Source of the DNA: a virus
Taxonomy: Duplodnaviria > Heunggongvirae > Uroviricota > Caudoviricetes
Strand: one strand, 5' to 3'
DNA length: 26,680 nucleotides
Virus record (IMG/VR): IMGVR_UViG_3300029841_000117
Span: 1 to 26,680 of that record
Within the stretch, counting starts at the first letter, position 1. The number at the start of each line of letters is the position of its first letter. A program made the translations under genes and the position numbers. Of the stretch, positions 8,370 to 17,733 are shown in pieces. The notes under the pieces are model-generated. The model was not told the origin of the DNA. It searched no databases and saw nothing but the letters and a program-made list of their open reading frames with translations.

Positions 8370-10556
8370 TCACGCTGCAGCAGCCAATGCCGGAGACTGG
8401 ATGCTATCCGTGTTTTCCATCAGGTCAGCCATCAGCACATCCGCCAAAAGCCTTCCTGCCAAATGGCCGGTATGAATGATGACCCGATCCTTCTTCAACT
8501 GGATAAACTCCTTCTCACGAAGGACACGGCTCTCTGCAGCCAGCGCCTTGTCGCTTTCTGTCAGCCTGGCGGTAACCACCCGCTGCCACTTCTGCAGGAA
8601 CTCTGTTGCCTGCTCAATGTCCTTCTTCTGCCGGTCATATTCCGTCCGTTTCTGCCGCACTGTTCCATCCGGCTCCACTTCCAGCGTGTAATAGGCATGG
8701 AAAGGATCATCCGTTTTACGCAGAAACATCACAAAGCTTTCTCGCCGCTCAATCCGATCCCAGTAGCGGTCGCTGCTTCCTACACAGTGATGGAGCGCAC
8801 GCCCCTCGGTAATAATATCCAGAATACCGCTTGGCACCACTACCATATAATCCGCATCGGCGTACTCATATTTCGTTTTGATTTCCTGACAGATGGCATT
8901 AACATGGGGGAATTTCTCCTCCATCTCCTCGGCCTGCAGTTCAATATCCTTCTCCTGGCATTTGAGCACCAGATCATCATGGCGCCGCCGCAGCTTTCTG
9001 GTGCGATATACGATCTCATCATAAACATCCATGTGCAGTTTCTTTGCCATGGAAAGATAATCCTCCCATGTACGCAGTACCTCATGGCTGTTTCGCCGGA
9101 AAGATGGCATCTGACGCCGCACATAGTTATAGACCTGCACCATGCTCATGCGGTCGGCAATGAACTGGACATCCCTGGGCTTAATATCCTGCTGATACAT
9201 CCACAAAAGGACATTATCCGGGATTTCCCTGCCGGTGCCCTTTTCATATTGCAGCCACCGCAGCAGATCACAGCCTCCATTATGGAGCCGAAGGCGCTGA
9301 AACCTTCTGCTGTCAAGTCCCAAGGCTTTGATCAGGCTCCCTGTACTACGGTTTTTGATAAGTTCACTGACCGTTCCGCAGGAACTGAAACATTCTCTGG
9401 TAAGCTTCGGCAGGCTCGCCTTGCTGATCTGTTCCATTTGCGGTATCCGTTCGAGCACAGCCAGATATTTTTCCGGATCAACGCTTTTCTGCTTCCGAAT
9501 CCAGTTGACCAGCCCTGTGCATCGAAGTTCCTTCTGTTCCAGAGTTGGCAGCGTTTTGCCATAGACCCGTCCATTATGCGAACCAGACCAGTTGTAAGAA
9601 CAGGGGGATCCGGAAATCCAACGCATATTGCGCTGCTTATACAACCCCCAATAGTAGGTTCTTGGCTTCCTTTCCTTGTCATAAATCGTGCGCCGGATTT
9701 CCTGGCAATAAAGTCTGGAGTTTGGAAGGCTTTCTTTTCTGTATGTCCGGTCAGCCTGAAATTCACGAACTACAAAGCCAACTTTGCATCGCTGGATCAG
9801 GTAGGCAAAATGTTTTTCTGTCTGCATATACCCCGCTCGTCCATAGGCTTTGAATACCACCGAATGGCGGCAACAACTACAGCGGCCTTTTTGATTGTGA
9901 TGTGGATGTACCTTGATCGGTACTTCCTTTTCGCAGTAGGTACAATAACCTGTTTTGGCGCCGCCCTTTTTGTAGTGGTAGTAAATGTAATTTTGCCGGA
10001 TGGCAACCTTATCCACCCATCGACTCCAGTCCTTCGGAAGTTCCGGCACCTGTTCCATATCTTTATCCCATGGATCAGTTTCCCGCCGGTGCCGCTGTTC
10101 GAGCTGTTCATCGCGCACATCCCGCTGAAACTGCAGGATGGCCTCTACCGCTTTTTTATCAATGTTCAGATATGTCTGTATAGATGTCTCATCTTCCTCG
10201 CTGATCCAGTAGGCTTTGGTATACCAGTATTGCCGCTTCCAGTCCAGTCTGTCCAACTTGGATTCGCACCATTTCTGTATCAGGCTGTTATAGGTAATAA
10301 ACTGCCGCTTTTCTTTATCCAGATACACTTCATAGGCCGGATTACTCCCATCCAAGCGAAGATGCTCTGGGAAAAAGAAAGCCACCTTCAATATTCCATC
10401 CTGTTTGATACATCTCAGATAGGTATAATACTCACAGACTTCCCGAACATATCCGTAGTCAGTTTTTTCCTTTCTTGGCAGGTCTGAAGTCGCGATTTTC
10501 TTCATTTCATCCGTCGCTGTCAGATTGGGAAGTGCCATCAGGGCTCTTTTTTTCAT
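8370..10556 (-). CDS. PcfJ domain-containing protein (728 aa)
   Basis: Zn-ribbon CTYC...CSCC; C-terminal WEDYLSMAKKL...HDDLV...VVP....IITEGRALHHCVG...Y...FLRK......YYTLEV, the typical PcfJ signature. Confidence 0.88.
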   Translation of the reverse strand: MKKRALMALPNLTATDEMKKIATSDLPRKEKTDYGYVREVCEYYTYLRCIKQDGILKVAFFFPEHLRLDGSNPAYEVYLDKEKRQFITYNSLIQKWCESKLDRLDWKRQYWYTKAYWISEEDETSIQTYLNIDKKAVEAILQFQRDVRDEQLEQRHRRETDPWDKDMEQVPELPKDWSRWVDKVAIRQNYIYYHYKKGGAKTGYCTYCEKEVPIKVHPHHNQKGRCSCCRHSVVFKAYGRAGYMQTEKHFAYLIQRCKVGFVVREFQADRTYRKESLPNSRLYCQEIRRTIYDKERKPRTYYWGLYKQRNMRWISGSPCSYNWSGSHNGRVYGKTLPTLEQKELRCTGLVNWIRKQKSVDPEKYLAVLERIPQMEQISKASLPKLTRECFSSCGTVSELIKNRSTGSLIKALGLDSRRFQRLRLHNGGCDLLRWLQYEKGTGREIPDNVLLWMYQQDIKPRDVQFIADRMSMVQVYNYVRRQMPSFRRNSHEVLRTWEDYLSMAKKLHMDVYDEIVYRTRKLRRRHDDLVLKCQEKDIELQAEEMEEKFPHVNAICQEIKTKYEYADADYMVVVPSGILDIITEGRALHHCVGSSDRYWDRIERRESFVMFLRKTDDPFHAYYTLEVEPDGTVRQKRTEYDRQKKDIEQATEFLQKWQRVVTARLTESDKALAAESRVLREKEFIQLKKDRVIIHTGHLAGRLLADVLMADLMENTDSIQSPALAAAA

Positions 10557-10557
10557 C

Positions 10558-11100
10558 TCAATTCACCATCCTCTTTGTCAAATCTACGCCATACCACACA
10601 TCAGGCAGTAATGTAACGCCGTCAATCCGGCCCACTGCAACCTGTACGATACTTTCCGAATCCGGAGCTTCCTTCGCAAAAGCAAGGATGTCTCCCAGTC
10701 TTCCGGTAGCAACGGGGTCTTTGCCCCGTACCACCGCATAACCGCAGTTCGCCATTGCCCGGTTGGCTGCCACATGGGAGCTCCACACCCTGCGCGGATG
10801 ATCTACCATGTATGCCAAACCATGTAAAAACAACTCCTCTTTGGTTAGCCGCTTAATCACAGTCAGCTCCGTACAGGCGATTTTGGAGTCATGCTCATCT
10901 TCATCGATGTCGCCGCCGGCGTTGACGATATAATATTCCGAATGCTCCAGGCTGGAATAATAACTAAGGCAGTCAAGCGGGTCCTCCGCGCAGTGAAATC
11001 CATTTTCCCTGCAATTTGCTTTTTCAGTCGTATTGAGCCCCATCACAAACTGATAGCCACGGCATATCAGCCCGGGGCGAAAGCCCTTATAAGCAATCAT
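10558..11100 (-). CDS. Conserved phage/mobile-element hypothetical protein (DUF7666-like, 180 aa)
   Basis: Start moved to ATG 11100 (RBS AAGGAGG). MIAYKGF...L.CRGYQF...C..NGFH..EDPLDCLSYY motif, common in phage proteins. Confidence 0.75.
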   Translation of the reverse strand: MIAYKGFRPGLICRGYQFVMGLNTTEKANCRENGFHCAEDPLDCLSYYSSLEHSEYYIVNAGGDIDEDEHDSKIACTELTVIKRLTKEELFLHGLAYMVDHPRRVWSSHVAANRAMANCGYAVVRGKDPVATGRLGDILAFAKEAPDSESIVQVAVGRIDGVTLLPDVWYGVDLTKRMVN

Positions 11101-11125
11101 TCTGCATTTTTCCTCCTTTGCCGGT

Positions 11126-12046
11126 TCAGCCTGCCTTTGCCATACCAAAATCCAGCAGCGACATCTGCCCATCCTGAGAAGGCTTTTTTTCCTCCTGCTT
11201 GGGTGCCGACTTGGGTTCCGTCTTTTTCTTCTCTGCCGCCTTCTTGGGTTTGTTCTTTGCAGAGGACTTCCCAGCATACGGCTTGGGAACAAACTTTTCC
11301 TCATCCTCATGGTCTTCCTTGGCATCAGGGTCACGGAAATAATCTTCCGCCCACTGATAGCACAGATCATCCGGCACATCGCAGCCATACGCCTGCTGTC
11401 CGGGACCAGGGCGGGTTCCGCTTGCTTTTAGTTCATCCTGTACATAATCCCAGGCTTTCCGGTTGATGTACTGGAAACAGCGAATCATGTTCTTTTTCGG
11501 ATGCATTGTCAGACGGGCAAACGCCGTATCTTCCATACAGAGCATCTGAATATGCTCGGACACACACTCCTTCATATTGCGCCGCGTCAGTTTTTCCACA
11601 TCAGTACTTACCCGCTGGGTAGAGGCCGCGATTACTTCTTCATCACTCATCGCTTCCAGACGGGCGATCTGCTCCTGCTCTGCGGCTTTCTTCGCCTGCT
11701 GTTTGGCGTCAAATTCCGCTTTGCGCTGGGCTTCAGCCGCCTCATGCTCCGCACGCTTTTTTTCTTCATCTTCTGCGGCGGGCGGTTGTGCCGAATTCCC
11801 CTCCTCAGCAGACTTCTCTTCCCCAGCAGGCGCTACTTCATCCGTAGGTTCCTCCTCTGCATCAGCCAAAGCAGTCTCACCGGCACAAACCGAAGCCGCC
11901 GATACTGGGACAGTGTCTGTACCTACAGGCGGCACAGGCAAAGATTCCATCTCCTCCAGCTCAAAGGCTTCATCATCCTCAAAGGCTGCAGACGAATCGA
12001 ACATACCGTTTTGCTGCTCCATTGCTATTTCTGAAAAAACACCCAT
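11126..12046 (-). CDS. PcfK-like protein with an acidic low-complexity N-terminus (306 aa)
   Basis: Start moved to ATG 12046 (RBS AAAGGAG). HIQMLC..D..FA......KK....CFQYI...A...DVPDD.CYQWAEDYF pattern, C-terminal GQMSLLDF, and position upstream of pcfJ. Confidence 0.75.
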   Translation of the reverse strand: MGVFSEIAMEQQNGMFDSSAAFEDDEAFELEEMESLPVPPVGTDTVPVSAASVCAGETALADAEEEPTDEVAPAGEEKSAEEGNSAQPPAAEDEEKKRAEHEAAEAQRKAEFDAKQQAKKAAEQEQIARLEAMSDEEVIAASTQRVSTDVEKLTRRNMKECVSEHIQMLCMEDTAFARLTMHPKKNMIRCFQYINRKAWDYVQDELKASGTRPGPGQQAYGCDVPDDLCYQWAEDYFRDPDAKEDHEDEEKFVPKPYAGKSSAKNKPKKAAEKKKTEPKSAPKQEEKKPSQDGQMSLLDFGMAKAG

Positions 12047-12064
12047 TGTAAAATCTCCTTTCGC

Positions 12065-12105
12065 AAAAAAGGCATGGAGCAGGCCGTTATGATCCTTTCC
12101 ATGCC
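12065..12105 (-). terminator. Intra-operon intrinsic terminator
   Basis: GGCATGGA...TCCATGCC stem followed by TTTTTT on the minus strand. Confidence 0.65.
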
Positions 12106-12117
12106 ATTGTGTGTTGC

Positions 12118-12366
12118 TCACAGCACATATAAAAGTGTGCTGAAGCTGTCAAAACAGTAGCAGACCACGCCAGTATACTGCCTTGACCATTCCTTGATTT
12201 TGTCCTGCACCTCCTGCGCAACCTTTTGATTGCTCATATTCCATGGCGGAGGTACCGTTACGGTAAAGTAGCCATTCTCCAGACAACTTCTGACATCTGC
12301 CGGAAGGCCGGAACACTGCTCATACAGTGCTGCGATCTGACTTTTCTTCTTTTCTGCAATACGCAT
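12118..12366 (-). CDS. Hypothetical protein (82 aa)
   Basis: Fills the gap between the primase and pcfK genes in operon orientation; purine-rich RBS-like sequence upstream. Confidence 0.65.
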   Translation of the reverse strand: MRIAEKKKSQIAALYEQCSGLPADVRSCLENGYFTVTVPPPWNMSNQKVAQEVQDKIKEWSRQYTGVVCYCFDSFSTLLYVL

Positions 12367-12381
12367 CTGACCCCTATCCCT

Positions 12382-14175
12382 TCATTCCTGTTTTTGAGCA
12401 GGCTCCGGAAGTCTTTTACACAAGAATGGGGAGAAGCGTACCGGCGCAAAATCCCGGCAGTCATTCACATAGAAGTATGTGCGTTTGCCTTGGCAGTCCA
12501 GTTCCACCACATCAGATGGAGCCAACGGACGACCTCTGTAATCTTCCGGCAAATGTTCATTGTAGTCCAGGAACAGACGCCCCAGCACTTCCATGTCATT
12601 CTGACCCTTTGGGCAACAGACCTCTGCGCTCCATACCGTCTGATAGGCGGCGGCAGGCGGCTGTTCATATCCAGCCTTACGCAGTGCATCCAGTTGCTTG
12701 AACGCGAAAGGTACCGTCTGTGTCTCACCCAGGCAAAGCTGGTAAATGCAAAATCTCCGGAAAACTCTCTGGCTGTCCAGAATATCCTTCAGCGCCTGAT
12801 TGCCTTGAGCAAGAAATATCTGATACTCTTCCTTTGTCAGCCCCAGATACTCTGTCAGGTCCAAATCTTTCTCCGCTCTGGTGTGCCAAAGCTCGACGCA
12901 GCCATCTATATAGGTAAAATCACACTTACCGCACAGATATTGCTGCTTAAAATTCATTCTCTGCACCTCCTTTTCCTTCTGTTCTTTCTCCCGAAGGGCA
13001 AGCTGCCAATCATCAAACCCTTTATAATTCGGATTCCAGGTCAGCCGACGACATGCCATTCCATTTTTTCGGGCCATCAGATAGATCTTAGATGCCCCAT
13101 TAGAGGTCATTTGGTTACTGTACTTATCCATATCATGAGCCTCAATGATCTCCTCAGTGCCATTCTGTGCCAACAGTGCAAACAGCGTATCCAACTGGCT
13201 GGTGTTGTTTGCACCGGCAATCGCCACAAAAGTCCGGTTTGTCAGGCAGTGTGAGATGTCTGCTTTCAGCAGTCCTTCAATGACATAGACCACCCGGGCA
13301 GATGGATCTCCTATAAAATGTACCGGACTCCCGGATGTAACACCCATATTTTTGGACGAGGACGAAAACCAGATGTATTTGGCTCCTGCCTTATCCGGCG
13401 GATCATCTTTTTGCTTGAGCGGAATATCCAAAAGGATCTGCAGGCCGTGTATCATACCGTCGTATCCCACAGCCGGAATCAAAATCCCTGCGTTTTTTCG
13501 GTAGAAGTTCATGGTCCAGCGCCCGCTGTCATCCAGATAAAAGCCGGGCACTCCCTCCACCTTGCATCCCTGTTTCATCAGCCGCTCGGTAATGGAGCGG
13601 CAAAGGAATGGGGGTGGAGTGCTCTTGAACCCGATCCTATCAATCTGTTCATCCGACAGTCCCCGTTTTGGGGAGTGCAGATGGTTGCGGTGGGCAGGCT
13701 GAAGAGGCAGCATAGCGAGCAGCAGCGAAAGCGTTTGATGGATTTCCTGTCCGCTGGCCCGTTCTGCTTGCTGCACTGTTTTTAGTTCGCCCCTCCTCTC
13801 ATATCCGGCAAGGTCGGTCTGAGTCCCCGAAACCGGGGACCCAGTACCAGCCTGCTGGTTTCCTGCCATCTCATATCCAGAGTTCGGCCGTTCCCTGTGA
13901 AAATCGTTGCACAGGGCTTCTCCTATCTCCCAATACGCATCGGATGTAGTCGTATTGTTTAGCCGCGCATAAAGCGCAAGCATACCGCCATGCTCATCAC
14001 AATAATTGCACCGCCAGACATTTTTGACGAAATTCACATTCATCTTGCCGCGGCGGTCACCACAAAACGGGCAATCCACATATACACTGTTTGCCTGTCG
14101 GCGTCTGATTCGCAGATGTAGAAGTTCCACTACATCCATAATACCGAACGGAAAATCTCCTGGATATGAGTCCAT
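12382..14175 (-). CDS. DNA primase-like protein (Zn finger + Toprim) fused to a C-terminal YodL-like domain (597 aa)
   Basis: Start moved to ATG 14175 (RBS GGGAGG). CPFC...WRCNYC..HGG Zn finger; Toprim VIEGLLKAD, HDMD and KGFDD; C-terminal IYQL...LF..YN..LP.DYRGRPLAPSDVVEL......YFYVND typical of YodL. Confidence 0.85.
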   Translation of the reverse strand: MDSYPGDFPFGIMDVVELLHLRIRRRQANSVYVDCPFCGDRRGKMNVNFVKNVWRCNYCDEHGGMLALYARLNNTTTSDAYWEIGEALCNDFHRERPNSGYEMAGNQQAGTGSPVSGTQTDLAGYERRGELKTVQQAERASGQEIHQTLSLLLAMLPLQPAHRNHLHSPKRGLSDEQIDRIGFKSTPPPFLCRSITERLMKQGCKVEGVPGFYLDDSGRWTMNFYRKNAGILIPAVGYDGMIHGLQILLDIPLKQKDDPPDKAGAKYIWFSSSSKNMGVTSGSPVHFIGDPSARVVYVIEGLLKADISHCLTNRTFVAIAGANNTSQLDTLFALLAQNGTEEIIEAHDMDKYSNQMTSNGASKIYLMARKNGMACRRLTWNPNYKGFDDWQLALREKEQKEKEVQRMNFKQQYLCGKCDFTYIDGCVELWHTRAEKDLDLTEYLGLTKEEYQIFLAQGNQALKDILDSQRVFRRFCIYQLCLGETQTVPFAFKQLDALRKAGYEQPPAAAYQTVWSAEVCCPKGQNDMEVLGRLFLDYNEHLPEDYRGRPLAPSDVVELDCQGKRTYFYVNDCRDFAPVRFSPFLCKRLPEPAQKQE

Positions 14176-14217
14176 CTGTTCTCCCTCCCTTCTTGGCCCC
14201 ATAGATGGGGCTGCTTA

Positions 14218-15375
14218 TCATCCGGCTTTCTGTGCGGCCATACCATCGAGCATGATCTGCGCCGCAGCACGAACGATATTGTTGGTACTCTTGTTACCAG
14301 GGGTGAGATAGAATTTCAGACTCACCGGACGCTCCTTGGCAACTGTTGCCATGGTTTTTCCTTTGCTCAGACCGCTATCCACCACCACATTCTGCGCTTC
14401 TTCAAAGGTCATTACCTTCAAGATATCTTCTACCGGAGTGCTCTCCGTATAAGAAGGCGCCAGGGGCTGATTAGGTGCTTCCTGCTGAACAACAGGCGCC
14501 ACAGGCAGTTCTTCCGGTTCATCCGATTGGAATACGGGTGCGGCCGGCTGCTCAGACACATCATCCTGTTTTGGACTGCTATCCAATGTAACCTCACGGT
14601 TGGGTACCGGCAGCTCCATATTGGGAGCATTCTCCTCTACCTTGCCGACAGGCAGCGTATCCATATTCTCCTTCTCTTCTGCAGCCATCTGCTGGACAGT
14701 GGGCTGTACCGGAGAAACCGGGGGCTGTTCATTCTGAACCGGCTTTGCCGCAGGTTTCTGGATAGAGGTCGGACGCGCAGGCGCATTACGGCGCTCTACG
14801 ACGCTCTGAGGCGCTCTTTCCAGTCGGGCATGAACTTCCCCGCCAGATTGCCGCAACGCCGCTCCAGAGGCTTCTACGGGCCTCTGTGCCGCATCCGGCA
14901 TTGGCTGCTGGATAGGAGCCGCCCCGGAAAGCGGAATACTACTTCCAAACACCTTGCCCGTACTGTCAACAGCAACATCGGCAAACTGCAAACCGAAACC
15001 GGCATCCGACAGCGCAGCACTCAATGCCTCATCCTGGGCAGCCTGCACATAATCGGTACCTTCTTCCGCACTGTGCTGCGAGATGTAACTGCTGATAGGC
15101 TCTGCATCACTGCGGTCCAGATAAACTCTGGCCTCCATAATCGCAAGCTGTTCCGTGATCCTCAGGGTAGTCAGTTTCATGCGGCCCTGGGGGTGGCGCA
15201 GACGGAACCACAGTTTCTGATAGGGCAACTCCAACTGCAGCATTTCCTCATTGGTCTTTCTGGACACCTTATGGCGCAGAAATTTGAGCGGATCAAAGCC
15301 AGGTACCTTGTTCAGTTCTGCCACTGCCGGAATTGTTTTGTACATCATAGGCATCGGATTACTTTTTTCATTCAT
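14218..15375 (-). CDS. Putative Rad52/Sak-like single-strand annealing protein (385 aa)
   Basis: N-terminal domain with WFRLRHPQG...EARVY...AQDEALSAALSDAGFG, a long Pro/Gln/Glu linker and a small C-terminal domain (SG..KGKTM..V). Lies in the same operon as the YqaJ exonuclease. Confidence 0.55.
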   Translation of the reverse strand: MNEKSNPMPMMYKTIPAVAELNKVPGFDPLKFLRHKVSRKTNEEMLQLELPYQKLWFRLRHPQGRMKLTTLRITEQLAIMEARVYLDRSDAEPISSYISQHSAEEGTDYVQAAQDEALSAALSDAGFGLQFADVAVDSTGKVFGSSIPLSGAAPIQQPMPDAAQRPVEASGAALRQSGGEVHARLERAPQSVVERRNAPARPTSIQKPAAKPVQNEQPPVSPVQPTVQQMAAEEKENMDTLPVGKVEENAPNMELPVPNREVTLDSSPKQDDVSEQPAAPVFQSDEPEELPVAPVVQQEAPNQPLAPSYTESTPVEDILKVMTFEEAQNVVVDSGLSKGKTMATVAKERPVSLKFYLTPGNKSTNNIVRAAAQIMLDGMAAQKAG

Positions 15376-15397
15376 GTTGGAAACTCCTTTCTGACAT

Positions 15398-15440
15398 AAA
15401 AATAGGAGACGCCAAGTGCCATTTCTGCACCTGACCTCTC
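15398..15440 (-). terminator. Intra-operon terminator-like hairpin after recD2
   Basis: GAGAGGTCAGGTGC-AGAAATG-GCACTTGGCGTCTC followed by CTATTTTT on the minus strand. Confidence 0.55.
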
Positions 15441-15444
15441 TTTT

Positions 15445-17718
15445 TTAACTTGCGTTCTTTAATTGCTCTTCCAACGCAGCCGGAATGGGGATGCCGGCTT
15501 TCTTTGCGTAGGCTTTGAAATACATCTGGATGCGCATACCCAGTAGCGTATTTCGCTTGCCGATCTCATTACGATGGATTGCCATAAACAATACCTGTTT
15601 CTGCCCAATCAGCACCACCCGCTTTTTGGCACGCGTGATTCCGGTGTAGAGCAGATTACGGTACATCATGATGGTGTGCGCTTTGAGCAGCGGCATAATG
15701 ACGGTCTCATACTCAGAGCCCATAGCCTTGTGGATTGTAGTGGCATACGCCAGATCCACATTGCTCAAATCATCTACGCCGTATTCCAGTGTTCTGCCAG
15801 CGCCAAAATCCATGCCGATTTTTTTACCCTGGTCAGTGTCCTTAATATACCGGATGAAGCCCAGATCTCCATTAGAGACCTTTTCTGTGTTCTTGGTCTG
15901 CATGATGCGGTCATTGACCCGGAAGATCCTGGGGCCAAACTTGATTTCTTCCTCCGCAGAGCGGAATGGGTTGACCAATTCACGAATGGTTTCATTCAGC
16001 TGTTCCGACGACGCGGCGCCTTCTGAACGGAAAGGTGAAAGAATCTGCACATTCTCAATGCCACTCTCCTGTATCTCCAAACAATACCGTTCTGTAATCT
16101 TTTCAGCGGTGTCTTCCTGACTATCACCAGACACGAAAACAAAATCCGGTCCATAAAACAGTTTGGTATTGCCCTCGTTGATAAATTTGGCGTTATAGGC
16201 AATCAGACTGTCCTTCGACTGACGGAAAATCTGATCCAGCACCGTTACCGGGACGATTTGGGTCTCGATGATCTCACGGAAAACATTTCCGGCTCCTACG
16301 CTGGGAAGCTGATCTGGGTCGCCTACCAGCACGATTCTGGCATTTGCCTTCATGCGCTCAAAGAATTTCTCGGCAAGCCACATATCCACCATGGAAAACT
16401 CATCCACAATGATTAAATCGGCCGACAGTGGCTCTGACTTTCTGTTCCGGCTACCCTCATCCTCTTCACTGGTCAGTCCCAGACCACTGTGTAATGTCCG
16501 GGCATCCTCAAAGCCGGTGCTCTCCGACATCCTGCGGCTTGCCCGACCGGTAGGCGCCATAAGAGCAATTTTGCCATCAGGGTGCAGCCGCCGGTAAACC
16601 TCAAGTATCGTCCGCAGCACTGTTGTTTTACCAGTACCAGGAGAACCCGTAATCACTGACAAGCCATGCCTAAATGCTGCATAGACCGCAGCCTCCTGCT
16701 GTGCAGACAGGCGCAGCCCCATTTCAACCTTGACCTGTTCCAGCACCGGCGCAATATGCTCTACTGGCATCTGGGCGACCAGACGCTGGGCGATCCGGCG
16801 CGCCGTTTCGTCCTCTTGGGCAAACACTCTGGGAAGATAGATATTATCCTTCACAGAAACGATTGCTCCATTCAGGATCATTTCCTGCATCATATCCCTG
16901 ACTTCCTGCTGATGCAGGCGAAGCTCCGGTACAGGTATCTTCTCATTGAGCAGCTTCAGCGCTGATTTCTCCAGTTCTTCAGAACTGATGTACAGATGGC
17001 CTCGTTTACTCTTGCCTTCATCTAACGCACAAAAGACAGCCCCTTTGATACGCATAGGGTCATGGAGATCACCCCCGCTCTTTTGTACGATTGCATCTAC
17101 CCGCCGAAATCCAAAGCCGGAGATCTGGCAAAGCTCAAATGGGCTCTTTTCCAAAATCTCTACGCTGGTTGGGCCGAAATATTGATATATTTTCAATGCT
17201 GTCTTGGGAGTAATCTTAAATGGCGCCAGCAAAGTCATAATTCCTTGGAGCATACGGTTTTCTGCATAAGAGGCTCTGATGTCCTCCAATTTATTTTCCG
17301 TAATACCCCGGATCTCCAACAGCCGCTCCGGCTGGTGTTCCAGAATATCCAGTGTGGCCACACCGAACCGCTCCACAATGTCTGCGGCAGTTTTAGGACC
17401 AATCCCTTTGATAAGCCCGGAGGCAAGATAGCCCTCTACGCCGTTTTTTGTTCTGGGCACAATTTCACGCCACTGCTCCACCTGGAGTTGGACACCATAC
17501 TTGCCCTTTGTCCATTCACCATCCAGTTCCAGCTCTACCGCATCTGTCCGTGGAATCTCATACCCCACAGCTGTAAAGCGGATCAAATGGTCTTTGTACC
17601 GTCTGTTTGACCTGGCCTCGGCAGGCACGCTCTGGTCTGCGGTCTTTACACTGACGATACAAAACTTATTGGCAGGATTATAAAAAATCGTCCCGTCGTA
17701 GGTTCCAATACAATTCAT
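15445..17718 (-). CDS. recD2: ATP-dependent RecD2-family SF1B DNA helicase
   Basis: N-terminal OB/HhH region (YLASGLIKGIGPKTA), GSPGTGKTT, APTGRAS, VDEFSMVD, GDPDQLPSVGAG, FRQ, AYATTIHKAMGSE, LYTGITRAK. Confidence 0.95.
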   Translation of the reverse strand: MNCIGTYDGTIFYNPANKFCIVSVKTADQSVPAEARSNRRYKDHLIRFTAVGYEIPRTDAVELELDGEWTKGKYGVQLQVEQWREIVPRTKNGVEGYLASGLIKGIGPKTAADIVERFGVATLDILEHQPERLLEIRGITENKLEDIRASYAENRMLQGIMTLLAPFKITPKTALKIYQYFGPTSVEILEKSPFELCQISGFGFRRVDAIVQKSGGDLHDPMRIKGAVFCALDEGKSKRGHLYISSEELEKSALKLLNEKIPVPELRLHQQEVRDMMQEMILNGAIVSVKDNIYLPRVFAQEDETARRIAQRLVAQMPVEHIAPVLEQVKVEMGLRLSAQQEAAVYAAFRHGLSVITGSPGTGKTTVLRTILEVYRRLHPDGKIALMAPTGRASRRMSESTGFEDARTLHSGLGLTSEEDEGSRNRKSEPLSADLIIVDEFSMVDMWLAEKFFERMKANARIVLVGDPDQLPSVGAGNVFREIIETQIVPVTVLDQIFRQSKDSLIAYNAKFINEGNTKLFYGPDFVFVSGDSQEDTAEKITERYCLEIQESGIENVQILSPFRSEGAASSEQLNETIRELVNPFRSAEEEIKFGPRIFRVNDRIMQTKNTEKVSNGDLGFIRYIKDTDQGKKIGMDFGAGRTLEYGVDDLSNVDLAYATTIHKAMGSEYETVIMPLLKAHTIMMYRNLLYTGITRAKKRVVLIGQKQVLFMAIHRNEIGKRNTLLGMRIQMYFKAYAKKAGIPIPAALEEQLKNAS

Positions 17719-17733
17719 CCTTTTTTCACCTCA

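Noticed and set aside
8097..10487. 796-aa ORF on the + strand antisense to pcfJ
   Set aside because: Its codons are in exact register with pcfJ, so it stays open simply because pcfJ lacks TTA/CTA/TCA codons there. The translation has no protein-like motifs.
11126..12046. Firm call as anti-CRISPR AcrIIA9
   Set aside because: PcfK-family resemblance alone does not show Acr activity; kept only as a hypothesis.
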